NCBI GenBank assembly: GCA_052279835.1
Contig: CP181291.1
Coordinates: forward strand, 5,792,001-5,856,000
Origin: Microcoleus sp.
GTDB taxonomy: Bacteria > Cyanobacteriota > Cyanobacteriia > Cyanobacteriales > Microcoleaceae
Length of the DNA stretch: 64,000 nt
Reading direction: 5' to 3'
Part shown: piece after piece, positions 47,117 to 57,380 of the stretch
Position numbering within the stretch: position 1 is the first letter of the stretch
How the letters are laid out: each line of letters starts with the position of its first letter
Notes under the pieces: model-generated
Databases searched by the model: none
Seen by the model: only the letters and a program-made list of their open reading frames with translations
What the model was told of the DNA's origin: nothing
Program-made: the position numbers and the translations under genes

Positions 47117-47446
47117 TTAAGCCACTGCAAACCCTGTAAACTGCCGAACATAAGGCGCTCGAAATCCCAAAACAATATCCGTTTTCGGTACGTCTAGTTC
47201 CACCAATTCGTTAGCAATTCCTGCTTCAGTTAAATCGCGCTGAATCCAAATTTTCCCATCTTTGATATCCACATGAACCACACAACCATAAACCCGCTCT
47301 TGATTTTCCCAACCTACATGAACTAAAAGATAGCGATCGCTTTCTTTATCAAAAATTAACTCTTTTTCTGTATCCTCAGATAAATGATTGGCTGTATGTC
47401 TTTTTAAGACAGTCTGGACTAACTCTGAATAGTTTATTCCTTCCAT
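47117..47446 (-). CDS. xisI: XisI family protein
   Basis: DRYLLVHVGW...RVYG..VHVDIKDGKIWIQ.D.TE.GIA.EL...VPK.DIVLGF. Confidence 0.92.
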   Translation of the reverse strand: MEGINYSELVQTVLKRHTANHLSEDTEKELIFDKESDRYLLVHVGWENQERVYGCVVHVDIKDGKIWIQRDLTEAGIANELVELDVPKTDIVLGFRAPYVRQFTGFAVA

Positions 47447-47850
47447 AAAATAATCTCCTGTTGGCTTGGCTCAAAAACAAGTAACTTTAACCGATGTTAG
47501 GCAATAACTTCCTGAATAAATTGGATTAGAAAAAATTCCCGATAAACTTCAGAAGGAACAGCTAAATATAAAAGGCGATCGGGTTGTTTTTTTCTCAGCG
47601 CTGAACGATAGTTGAGTGTTTGTCCTAAAGCTGTATGAAATTCACTCACCTCCGACTTACCTACAAAAGATTTAATTTCTACTGCTATCTTTTGCCCCTC
47701 CTTTTCTGCTGCTAAAAGTCTTTCTGCTGCCAAATCGATATAAAATTCAATTCCATCAACTGTAATTGACAGCGGATCGTGAGTAATCTTCCAACTATCT
47801 TTTTCTAAAGCTGAACGAACTACACCGTGAAATATATCTTTTGCTGGCAT
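47434..47850 (-). pseudogene. xisH: XisH family gene with premature TAA at 47497-47499
   Basis: MPAKDIFH, IDLAAE, IAVEIKSF, FHTALGQ; frame resumes HRLKLLVFEPSQQEIILWKE* after the stop. Confidence 0.85.
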
Positions 47851-48090
47851 AAAAAACAAAATTAAAAGCGACCGCCTGGATAATTCTATTTTACTAAATT
47901 TTTCAGACTTTTCGCGAAACTAACCGAGATTGTTAAGAACCCCGGTTTCTTTCTCCGCGCGATCGCACCCCAGAAACCGGGTTTCTCCAATAACTTTTGC
48001 ATTACAACCGAGATATTTAGGAAGAAACCCGGTTTCTTGATCTACGCGATCGCCCTCTGATATAATGCAATAAACCCCCCAAATTTTACT

Positions 48091-48321
48091 ATGAAACAAT
48101 TAACCAGAATCACGCTTAATCCCCAAGTTATGGGTGGCAAACCTTGTATCCGAGGCATGAGAGTGACAGTAGGCGCGATCGTCGGTCTCATGGCATCCGG
48201 TCACACCCCCGCCGACATTCTTAAAGCTTACCCTTATTTAGAAGAAGCAGACATTTATGAAGCCCTAGCTTATGCAGCTTGGCGAGTCGAAGAACAAGAA
48301 GTTCCCTTGTTGCTGGCATGA
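48091..48321 (+). CDS. DUF433 family antitoxin
   Basis: RITLNPQVMGGKPCIRGMRVTV...YPYLEEADIYEALAYAA. Confidence 0.92.
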   Translation: MKQLTRITLNPQVMGGKPCIRGMRVTVGAIVGLMASGHTPADILKAYPYLEEADIYEALAYAAWRVEEQEVPLLLA

Positions 48322-48389
48322 AAATATTAATAGACATGAACCTATCACCCGACTGGGTTTTGGTTTTTGCTAAATACTCAATTGACTCT
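48318..48389 (+). pseudogene. Truncated DUF5615/PIN-like toxin
   Basis: MKILIDMNLSPDWV start with ATGA overlap on DUF433; runs into the repeat cluster after ~24 codons. Confidence 0.75.
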
Positions 48390-48753
48390 GAGAAACCCGG
48401 TTTCTTGATCCTACGCGATCGCACCTCTGGCAGAAACCGGGTTTCTCCAATAACTTTTGCATCCCACCGAAATATTGAGGAAGAAACCCGGTTTCTCGAT
48501 CCTACGCGATCGCACCTTTCCCAGAAACCGGGTTTCTCCAATAACTTCTGCATCCCACCGAAATATTGAGGAAGAAACCCGGTTTCTTTAACCCACGCGA
48601 TCGCACCTCTGGCAGAAACCGGGTTTCTACTTGAAGTCCCATATATTAACTTTTATTACAAAAACTCGGATTTTGCGTAAAAATACCCCGCGAAATCCCA
48701 ATACACAATAGAAGGCTTTCACCTTCGATGCAAATTCACCCCCCAAAAAACCG

Positions 48754-49803
48754 ATGACAGCCACAACTATACCGATCGCCCCCATCGCCCCTTACAGCCA
48801 CCGTCTAGCCACCGCAACCGACGCAAAGGTTCTCGCCCCCCTTTGGCAAGCATTCGCTGCTGAACGCGAAGCGATCGACCCCTCAATGCTGGTCAAACCT
48901 AACTTTGACTTTGAAAAATACGTCACCAACCAAATCGAAAAACCCCTTTCTTTCTGCTGGTTATTAGAACACAGCGACAGCATCATCGGCTGTCTATTTA
49001 TCTACTATTACGACGAAGCCCCGCCCGCGAATCTCCCCGAATATTTGATTCAGCAACACGACATTGAGAATCCCTTTCAATCCCGCCGCGTCGGTTCCGT
49101 TTTGGGGATGTACGTTCAGCCAGAACATCGGAAATCAGAAGCAATTCAAATGCTAGCAAAAAGTGCGATCGCCCATGCAAAAACCATGAAAGTTAGCGAT
49201 ATAGACTTACTAATTGCAGCCGATCAGACGGGTATGCAAGCCATGTTGCAGCGTGCTGGATTTACCAAAGCAGCCGTGCAATATACTCGCCATTATGACA
49301 TGGCAACGGATGCTGACTTACCGAGTTTGCACCCGCCCCATCCCGAATTGCCCGATGTAGAATTGCCTGCACCAAGAGCAATTGCGCTGCGCCATCCGCA
49401 AACTAACGAACTCCTGCGCAATTCCCAAGGAGAACCTGTTTTCTTGATGCCCTTAGTTGATGAACAAGGTGAATTGCTGAAGTCATCTAGCGGGCAAAAT
49501 GTTTACCCGGAATTGTTGCTAGATCCGGCTACTAATTCTTGGGTTATTGATGCGGAAGACAAATTAGTGACTTGTCCGATTTTGCGGGATGAAAACGGAC
49601 AAGTTGTGGAAAATCAAGGCCTAGTTCAATTTTCTCGTCCTGCTTACCAAATTGTAGACGGAAAACCTGCTTTAATGCGAGATGAAACTGGTAATTATGT
49701 ATTCTGTGATGTTGAACGGGACAAACAGGGGAAAATCTTGAAAACTCCTGATGGATTTCCGATTTTCAAGCAGCCGCAAATCCAGATTAGGACTTACGCC
49801 TAA
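48754..49803 (+). CDS. GNAT-fold acetyltransferase with repetitive C-terminal extension
   Basis: GSVLGMYVQPEHRK motif A and LQRAGF; C-terminal (D/R)E.G repeats. Confidence 0.75.
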   Translation: MTATTIPIAPIAPYSHRLATATDAKVLAPLWQAFAAEREAIDPSMLVKPNFDFEKYVTNQIEKPLSFCWLLEHSDSIIGCLFIYYYDEAPPANLPEYLIQQHDIENPFQSRRVGSVLGMYVQPEHRKSEAIQMLAKSAIAHAKTMKVSDIDLLIAADQTGMQAMLQRAGFTKAAVQYTRHYDMATDADLPSLHPPHPELPDVELPAPRAIALRHPQTNELLRNSQGEPVFLMPLVDEQGELLKSSSGQNVYPELLLDPATNSWVIDAEDKLVTCPILRDENGQVVENQGLVQFSRPAYQIVDGKPALMRDETGNYVFCDVERDKQGKILKTPDGFPIFKQPQIQIRTYA

Positions 49804-49895
49804 ATCCAAAGAAACCGGGTTTTTTTCCAGTTTGGAAAACAGGGATGCAATATTTTTATAAAAAACCCGGTTTCTGCGTCCAAGACTATACTGAT

Positions 49896-50456
49896 TCACC
49901 CCACCATCGCTTGTCGTTCAGCTATGACATAATCCGCCACCCAAAATCTATCTACAGACATCACAATAGCAGCCGACATAAAAATATCAACATCCTCTCC
50001 CATCTCTTTAGTTGGTATTAAACCAAATAATTCGTCAAATTCATTGACATCTGCTAATACATTTTCTAAATCTTCTAAAAATTCATCTAGATAAAGGCAG
50101 TGAATTGCTCCTTCATCTTCATAATATGCTTCTTCATCAGGCATGAATTGTGAGGGCTTGATTTCTGCCATCAAATAATCTAGTTTGTGAAATTCTGCTT
50201 CAGGAACGATCGCACCTACATCTTCCCCCGCTTCCTGTAACAGAATCCGATCGCCCTGAAACATGACTCGTTTCATAATCTCGATCGCCTTTTCCCGAAA
50301 ATCCTCAAGACTTAAGCGAAAAAATCCCTCACCTGCGATCGCCTCTTTTTCCGTCACAGCCACGCCCGGAACAAAATTTTGACAATGAGCAGGCGCGATC
50401 GGTAAAATTACAGGTACGATCGAATTATTGTCAACAGCATCCAATCCTTCAGTCAT
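49896..50456 (-). CDS. Acidic hypothetical protein with Phd/YefM-like segments
   Basis: LSLEDFRE...IMKRV...GDRILL...GEDVGAIVP pattern, weakly repeated in the second half. Confidence 0.6.
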   Translation of the reverse strand: MTEGLDAVDNNSIVPVILPIAPAHCQNFVPGVAVTEKEAIAGEGFFRLSLEDFREKAIEIMKRVMFQGDRILLQEAGEDVGAIVPEAEFHKLDYLMAEIKPSQFMPDEEAYYEDEGAIHCLYLDEFLEDLENVLADVNEFDELFGLIPTKEMGEDVDIFMSAAIVMSVDRFWVADYVIAERQAMVG

Positions 50457-50546
50457 TACTTACTCTCCAAGGTTCACATAACTGTTGAGAATATTGCACA
50501 ATAGATAAAATTGTAAATATATAGCACCTAAGTTTTTTTACCGCCG

Positions 50547-53500
50547 ATGAAAAGCCTGTTCCTCGATCGCCTCCACCACCCCTCGCGCCCCGTCATTGTC
50601 TTCGACGGCGCAATGGGCACCAACTTACAAGTCCAAAACCTGACAGCAGAAGACTTTGGCGGCAAAGAATACGAAGGCTGCAACGAATATCTCGTCCATA
50701 CCAAGCCCGAAGCCGTCGCCAACGTCCACCGAGGTTTCCTCGAAGCAGGCGCCGACGTCATCGAAACTGACACCTTTGGGGCTGCTTCCATCGTGCTCGC
50801 CGAATACGATTTAGCAGACAAAGCCTATTATCTCAACAAAACAGCGGCAGAACTCGCCAAAAGTATCGCCGCCGAATTTTCCACACCAGAAAAACCGAGA
50901 TTTGTTGCAGGTTCGATCGGACCTGGCACCAAATTACCAACTTTAGGACACATTGATTTTGACACACTCACCGCCGCTTTTACCGAACAAGCAGAAGGAC
51001 TCTACGACGGCGGCGTTGACTTATTTATTGTCGAAACTTGTCAAGACGTCCTGCAAATAAAATCAGCATTAAATGCGATAGAAGAAGTATTCAAGAAAAA
51101 AGGCGATCGCATTCCATTAATGGTATCAGTCACCATGGAAGCCACCGGCACAATGTTAGTCGGTTCCGACATCAGCGCCGCCCTAGCCATTTTGCAGCCC
51201 TATCCCATAGATATCTTAGGATTAAATTGTGCCACCGGCCCCGATCGCATGGCCGAACATATTAAATACCTTTCCGAACATTCACCCTTCGTCGTTTCCT
51301 GCGTTCCCAACGCCGGCTTACCAGAAAACATCGGCGGCCACGCGCACTACAAACTCACGCCCGTAGAATTAAAAATGGCCTTGATGCGCTTCGTCGAAGA
51401 CTTAGGCGTGCAAGTCATCGGCGGCTGCTGCGGGACTCGCTACGATCACATTCGCGAACTATCAGAAATTGGCAAAACTCTCACCCCCAAAATCCGCGAA
51501 ATTAGCTGGGAACCAGCCGCCGCTTCAATTTACACCGCCCAACCCTACGAACAAGACAATTCTTTCTTAATAATCGGCGAAAGACTCAACGCCAGCGGTT
51601 CCAAAAAATGTCGCGATTTACTCAACGCTGAAGACTGGGATGGTTTAGTCGCAATGGCGCGGGAACAAGTGCGAGAAGGCGCGCACATTCTTGATGTCAA
51701 CGTCGATTATGTCGGCCGCGATGGTGTCCGCGACATGAAAGAATTAGTTTCCCGCGTTGTCACCAATGCAACTCTGCCTTTAATGTTGGATTCCACAGAA
51801 TGGGAAAAGATGGAAGCCGGATTAAAAGTTGCTGGTGGCAAATGTTTGCTGAATTCCACTAACTATGAAGACGGAGAACCGCGTTTTTATCAAGTTTTAG
51901 AAATAGCCAAAAAATACGGTGCCGGTATAGTGATCGGGACAATTGATGAAGACGGGATGGCGCGGACAGCCGATCAAAAATTTGCGATCGCCCAACGCGC
52001 CTACAACGCCGCCATCGCCTACGGAATCCCCGCCGAGGAAATCTTTTTCGACACCCTAGCCTTGCCCATTTCTACCGGGATTGAAGAAGACCGAAAAAAC
52101 GGCAAAGCTACCATCGAATCCATCCGCCGCATTCGCCAAGAATTGCCAGGATGTCACGTAATTTTGGGAGTTTCTAACATCTCCTTCGGCTTAAATCCGG
52201 CGGCGAGACAAGTTTTGAATTCCATGTTTTTGCACGAAGCAATGCAAGCGGGAATGGACTCCGCCATTGTCAGCCCCAACAAGATTTTACCCCTAGCCAA
52301 AATCGACCCAGAACACCAAGCAATCTGCCGTAAACTGATTTACGATGAACGGGAGTTCGACGGCGAAATTTGCATTTATGACCCCTTGGGCGAGCTCACA
52401 ACGGTGTTTGCGGGCAAAACTACCAAGCGCGATCGCACCGAAGACGCTAACCTCCCCGTAGAAGAACGCCTGAAGCAGCACATCATCGATGGCGAACGCA
52501 TTGGACTAGATATCCAACTAGCCAAAGCATTAGAAACCTATCCGCCTCTCCACATTATCAATACTTTCCTCTTAGACGGGATGAAAGTAGTCGGAGAATT
52601 GTTCGGTTCAGGACAAATGCAACTGCCGTTTGTATTGCAATCAGCCGAAACCATGAAAGCAGCAGTTGCCTATTTAGAACCGCACATGGAAAAGTCGGAA
52701 TCTGGGGACAATGCCAAAGGCACATTCATCATTGCCACTGTCAAAGGCGACGTTCACGATATCGGTAAAAACTTGGTTGATATTATCTTATCCAACAACG
52801 GCTACCGCGTGATTAATTTGGGAATCAAGCAGCCAGTTGATAATATCATTGATGCCTACGAAAAGCACAAAGCTGATTGTATTGCGATGAGTGGCTTGTT
52901 GGTAAAATCTACCGCATTTATGAAAGAAAATTTGGAGGTATTTAACCAGAGAGGAATTACCGTTCCGGTAATTTTGGGCGGTGCAGCTTTGACTCCCAAG
53001 TTTGTTCATGAAGATTGCCAAAATACTTATAAAGGTAAAGTAATTTACGGCAAAGATGCGTTTTCGGACTTGCATTTTATGGATAAACTGATGCCAGCTA
53101 AATCTGCTGGTAAATGGGAAGATTTGCAAGGATTTTTAGGCGAGTTTGCTGAAAATGGCAATGGGGCGGTCAAATCAGCTAAGACTTCTGAAGAAATCGC
53201 TGTTGAGGATGCGAAACAAGCAGCCAAAGCCGAAATTCCGGCTGTTATAGATACTAACCGTTCGGAAGCAGTGGCAGCAGATATCGATCGCCCAAATCCT
53301 CCCTTCTGGGGAACTCAGTTATTGCAACCGGAAGATATTCCCTTTGAAGAGATTTTCTGGCACTTAGATTTGCAAGCCTTAGTTGCCGGGACAGTGGCAG
53401 TTCCGCAAGCCAAAAGACCAATCGCGGGAAGAATACGATGCTTTCTTAGCTGAAAAAGTCTATCCGATATTGGAAGAATGGAAACATAAAATTATCACGG

Positions 53501-54111
53501 AAAAGCTATTGCATCCCCAAGCAATATACGGCTATTTCCCCTGTCAAGCTGAAGGCAACTCTTTGTATGTGTATGACGCGGAAATTATCAAGGGCGGGCA
53601 AGATGTATCGACCCCCGCAGCCACCTTCACATTTCCCCGCCAAAAGTCGGCGCGCAGGCTGTGCATTGCGGACTTCTTTGCACCCAAAGAATCGGGTAAA
53701 ATCGATGTATTTCCGATGCAGGTAGCGACAGTGGGAGAAGTTGCCACAGAGTACGCCCAAAAGCTGTTTGCTAACAATCAATATACCGATTATCTCTACT
53801 TCCACGGGTTAGCGGTACAGACAGCCGAAGCAGTGGCAGAATGGACTCACGCGCGGATTCGCCGGGAATTGGGATTTGGTAGCGAAGAACCGGATAATAT
53901 TCGGGATATGCTCGCCCAAAGATATCGCGGTTCGCGTTACAGTTTCGGCTATCCTGCTTGTCCGAATATGGCGGATCAGTACAAGCAGTTGGAGTTGCTC
54001 AAGTGCGATCGCATTAACCTATATATGGATGAAAGCGAACAACTTTATCCAGAACAATCCACCACCGCCATTATTACTTATCACCCAGCGGCAAAATACT
54101 TTACCGCTTAA
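50547..54111 (+). CDS. metH: B12-dependent methionine synthase with a single-base frameshift near 53388-53390
   Basis: [39 protein letters not shown]; split into ORFs 50547-53453 and 53383-54111. Confidence 0.95.
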
Positions 54112-54137
54112 TTTGTAGAGTGCGCCCGCGCACTTTC

Positions 54138-54455
54138 TACTCGTTCCTAGGCTCTGCCTGGGAACGCATTTACTCGTTCCTAGGCTCTGCCTGGGAACGC
54201 ATTTCTTGAGGCTCTGCCTCTCTTTTCTACTCGTTCCCAGGCTCTTTTTCTACTCGTTCCTAGGCTCTGCCTGGGAACGCATTTCTTGAGGCTCTGCCTC
54301 TCTTTTTTTTCGACGAGGCAGAGCCTCTGGATCTGCGTTCCCAGGTAGAACCTGGGAACGATAAAAACGAGAAAACGAGAAATGCACAATTTTTTTTTTC
54401 GACGAGGCAAAGCCTCTGGATCTGCGTTCCCAGGTAGAACCTGGGAACGATAAAT
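54138..54455. repeat. Tandem and inverted palindromic units (CTCGTTCCTAGGCTCTGCCTGGGAACG; GAGGCAGAGCCTC)
   Basis: Directly visible; related to 24021-24455. Confidence 0.88.
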
Positions 54456-54497
54456 TTTCGAGGGAAAATGCGCAATTCCCAGTGCCCGAACTCCATC

Positions 54498-55121
54498 TTA
54501 AGAGTGAGTGCGGGGAGTGCGCGCGCCAGCAGATGCTCCCGCCATTGACGCCACTAAACCCAACAGGGAACCGAACAAAAACGACCAACCAGCTTTCGCA
54601 GCATTACCAGCAATATCGCGAGCATTCTGAGCGGTAACGTTAGGTGCTTGGTTAGGTAAATCCACCCCGCCCTGCTGCGCTTGATTAATCGCTTCTCCCG
54701 CATTAGCAGCAACTACTCCAAAAGTACCTGCTACTCCATTTGCTAACAGCCAAGAACCAATTGTTAAGGTAGTTGCCCACAAAATTGCTCCGTTCAACAG
54801 CGCTGTATTGCGGTTCATTGGCCCGCAAGCGCGAGCAGTTACCCAACCGCCAAGGCCCAAGCTAATTAATAAACTGATTATTGACCAGATTCCGACGCCG
54901 GTACCGACGCTGCCGGCTATACTGCGGGGAGCTCCTGAATTAGCAATGTTACTCAAGCCGATCGCAGCACCCAAAGCACTTAATACCAATTGGGAGCCGA
55001 TCGCAATTACCAAACCTGAAAAAATCGGACCCCACCGGACTCGATCGTGGTATTCCATGACTGAATTCACCACAATTGGTTCGGTAACAATGTTATCTAC
55101 AGGTCTATTTGCGTATGCCAT
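54498..55121 (-). CDS. Four-TM membrane protein (stress-associated type)
   Basis: DRVRWGPIFSG, four hydrophobic Gly/Ala-rich helices. Confidence 0.8.
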   Translation of the reverse strand: MAYANRPVDNIVTEPIVVNSVMEYHDRVRWGPIFSGLVIAIGSQLVLSALGAAIGLSNIANSGAPRSIAGSVGTGVGIWSIISLLISLGLGGWVTARACGPMNRNTALLNGAILWATTLTIGSWLLANGVAGTFGVVAANAGEAINQAQQGGVDLPNQAPNVTAQNARDIAGNAAKAGWSFLFGSLLGLVASMAGASAGARTPRTHS

Positions 55122-55294
55122 AGCTTGTTCTTTTGTTGTGTTTGTTTACAGTTGATAGATGATTTTTTTTTAATAGCATTCCCTATAAATGTTCATTGTT
55201 GCCCAGATACATAGCAACTATATCTACCTAGGGAAATAACCAGTATCTATGTCTCAAGCAATAAACGAAAAAGTCATTAGCCCTCAGTCCACAG

Positions 55295-55439
55295 CTAATG
55301 ACCAATGACTAATGACTAATGACCAATAACTAATGACCAATAACCAATGACCAATAACTAATGACCAATAACCAATGACCAATAAGTAATGACCAATAAC
55401 CAATGACTAATGACCAATAACCAATGACCAATAACTAAT
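55295..55439. repeat. STRR heptamer tract (TAATGAC/CAATGAC/CAATAAC)
   Basis: About 20 tandem 7-mers. Confidence 0.92.
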
Positions 55440-55483
55440 CGATCCAGTTATAAACATTTACGGATGTATAAAGAAAGGACTGC

Positions 55484-55810
55484 TTAGCGCAGTCTTACCG
55501 CTGTCCCAACAGCAGTAATCAGCAGCAAAGCCCCCTTGGCGTCTACATTAATCGTGCCGGTGTCAATTTCCACCCCGATTACGGCGTTGGCTCCCAGCCT
55601 CTGAGCCCGTTGTTCCAGCTCAGCGAGGGCATCTCGCTGTCCTTTGAGGAAAACTTCCTCGTAACTGCCGGTGCGCCCACCAATGATGTCCCGAATGCCC
55701 GCAAAGAAATCTCGCAGGGCATTGGTGCCATAGACCACCTCAGCAGTTACAATTCCCAGGTAAGATTGGACTTCCGATCCTTGAATGACATCAGTTGTTG
55801 TTACAATCAT
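55484..55810 (-). CDS. YbjQ/UPF0145 family protein
   Basis: MIVTTT, RDFFAGIRDIIGGR..SYE, LGANAVIGV, GTAV. Confidence 0.92.
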   Translation of the reverse strand: MIVTTTDVIQGSEVQSYLGIVTAEVVYGTNALRDFFAGIRDIIGGRTGSYEEVFLKGQRDALAELEQRAQRLGANAVIGVEIDTGTINVDAKGALLLITAVGTAVRLR

Positions 55811-55967
55811 CTGTTGGCCTCGATCGCGAATATTTTGAGTTTGTCTAGTTTCTGTAGATTTACTACATCTGGTCCCTCAAACATTCCTGGTTAATCCTCA
55901 GTTGTCTGTTTGGCATTAAACGGAGACTAATTCGCTCTTTCCTTCCACCACACACTCTTTGAAACAA

Positions 55968-57068
55968 ATGGCCGTGTACAAACAAAGTCTCTTGGTATTC
56001 AGTACGTTGTTGCTAGCCGGATTTGCTGTCTCCGCGCCACTGCGAGCACTCTGTGCGGAAACTTCTGTTCAAGTCAATCCTGAAAATAATTCTAATTTGG
56101 ACGCTTTGCTGCGAAAAGGGCGCGAATTGGTAGATTTGGGAGACTACGGTAAGGCGATCGCCATTTATGAGCAAGCAGCCCGTTTAGATGGTGAAAACCC
56201 GCGTATTTTTTCCGGTATTGGTTATTTAGAAGCACGTCAGGGCAACTATCAAGCAGCAGTTGAATTTTATCAACAAGCCATCAGTCTCCAACCCAACAAT
56301 GCCGACTTTCAATACGCCCTAGGATATGCGATGGCGAAATTGCAAGACTATCCCGCTGCTGCTACCGCCTACCGTCGCGCCGCCCAACTCGATCGCAAAA
56401 ATGTGAATGCTCTGATCGGTCTGGGCGTGGTACTCTTTCAGCAACAAGATTACAGTGGCGCTTTTAAAGCCTACCAACAGGCGATCGCGATCGATCCCAA
56501 AAGTTGGCAAGCTTATTCTTCCATGGGTTTAGTATTAATCCAACAGGGCAATTTTTCTAGTGCCGTTGACATCCTCCAGCAAGCGGCTAAACTCGCTCCC
56601 AAACAAGCCAGCGTACAGTTAAAATTAGGTACTGCTTTACTGCGTAATGGCAACACAGCCGAAGGGCTGGCTGCTTTTGAAGAAGCTGCGAAACTAGAGC
56701 CTCGCAATCCAGATGTGCAGTTAGAAATCGGCGAACTTCTCAAAGGTCAAAACGACTTAGACGGAGCCCTTGTAGCTTATCAGCGGGCTGTGGCGGTGCG
56801 ACCAAATTTAGTGCAAGCACACGCTGCGATCGGGGAAATTCAACTGAAAAAACAAGATTTCTTAGGAGCGATTCTCACTTTTCGGCGCGTTATTCAGCTT
56901 GAGCCTAACAGAGCCGAAGCTTATTATAATTTGGGTACTGCTCTCCAAAGGCGCGATCGCACATCCGAAGCAGTTGAAGCTTTTCAACAAGCCCTCGATA
57001 ATTATCGCCAGCAAGGTAACAATGATGGTGCAAAAAAAGCTGAGGCAGCCTTGCAACAAGTTAAGTAA
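55968..57068 (+). CDS. Secreted TPR-repeat protein
   Basis: Signal peptide followed by about nine 34-aa TPR units. Confidence 0.9.
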   Translation: MAVYKQSLLVFSTLLLAGFAVSAPLRALCAETSVQVNPENNSNLDALLRKGRELVDLGDYGKAIAIYEQAARLDGENPRIFSGIGYLEARQGNYQAAVEFYQQAISLQPNNADFQYALGYAMAKLQDYPAAATAYRRAAQLDRKNVNALIGLGVVLFQQQDYSGAFKAYQQAIAIDPKSWQAYSSMGLVLIQQGNFSSAVDILQQAAKLAPKQASVQLKLGTALLRNGNTAEGLAAFEEAAKLEPRNPDVQLEIGELLKGQNDLDGALVAYQRAVAVRPNLVQAHAAIGEIQLKKQDFLGAILTFRRVIQLEPNRAEAYYNLGTALQRRDRTSEAVEAFQQALDNYRQQGNNDGAKKAEAALQQVK

Positions 57069-57129
57069 TTAGTTATGAGTTATAGCCTTTCTCAGTTAGG
57101 TGAGGTACAGGCGTTCTGGGTAATGGGGA

Positions 57130-57220
57130 ACCCCCCCCTAGCCCCCCCAAGGGGGGAAGGGGGAAGGGCATTACCAATTACCAATTACCAATTACCTATT
57201 ACCTATTACCTATTACCTAT
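57130..57220. repeat. C-run/G-run palindrome plus TTACC(A/T)A heptamer tract
   Basis: Directly visible. Confidence 0.8.
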
Positions 57221-57380
57221 GATATGATGCAGTCGCTCTCACCATGCAGTTAATATAGGCTGCATCTTTTGTCAGATACTAAAACTATTCTCCAAGATTA
57301 ATCTATTTCTACTGGTAGAGTTGGTGAAACTGTTAAGATTTGTAAAATGAGCAAAATATCCCATTCTCAGAGCTTCATCT

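Larger units (their letters stand above)
47935..48630. repeat. Clusters of AGAAACCGGGTTTCT...AGAAACCCGGTTTCT repeats on both sides of DUF433 (47935-48055 and 48390-48630)
   Basis: Multiple near-identical units separated by HIP1-containing linkers. Confidence 0.88.

Noticed and set aside
47117..47859. XisH/XisI as evidence of an fdxN excision element
   Set aside because: No recombinase or interrupted host gene nearby; such pairs are multicopy in cyanobacteria
48221..48569. 96 aa and 110 aa ORFs as intact genes
   Set aside because: Mostly translated palindromic repeats; only the first ~24 codons from 48318 are PIN-like
53380..53400. Programmed ribosomal frameshift in metH
   Set aside because: No slippery heptamer or obvious stimulatory hairpin; a single-base indel is simpler
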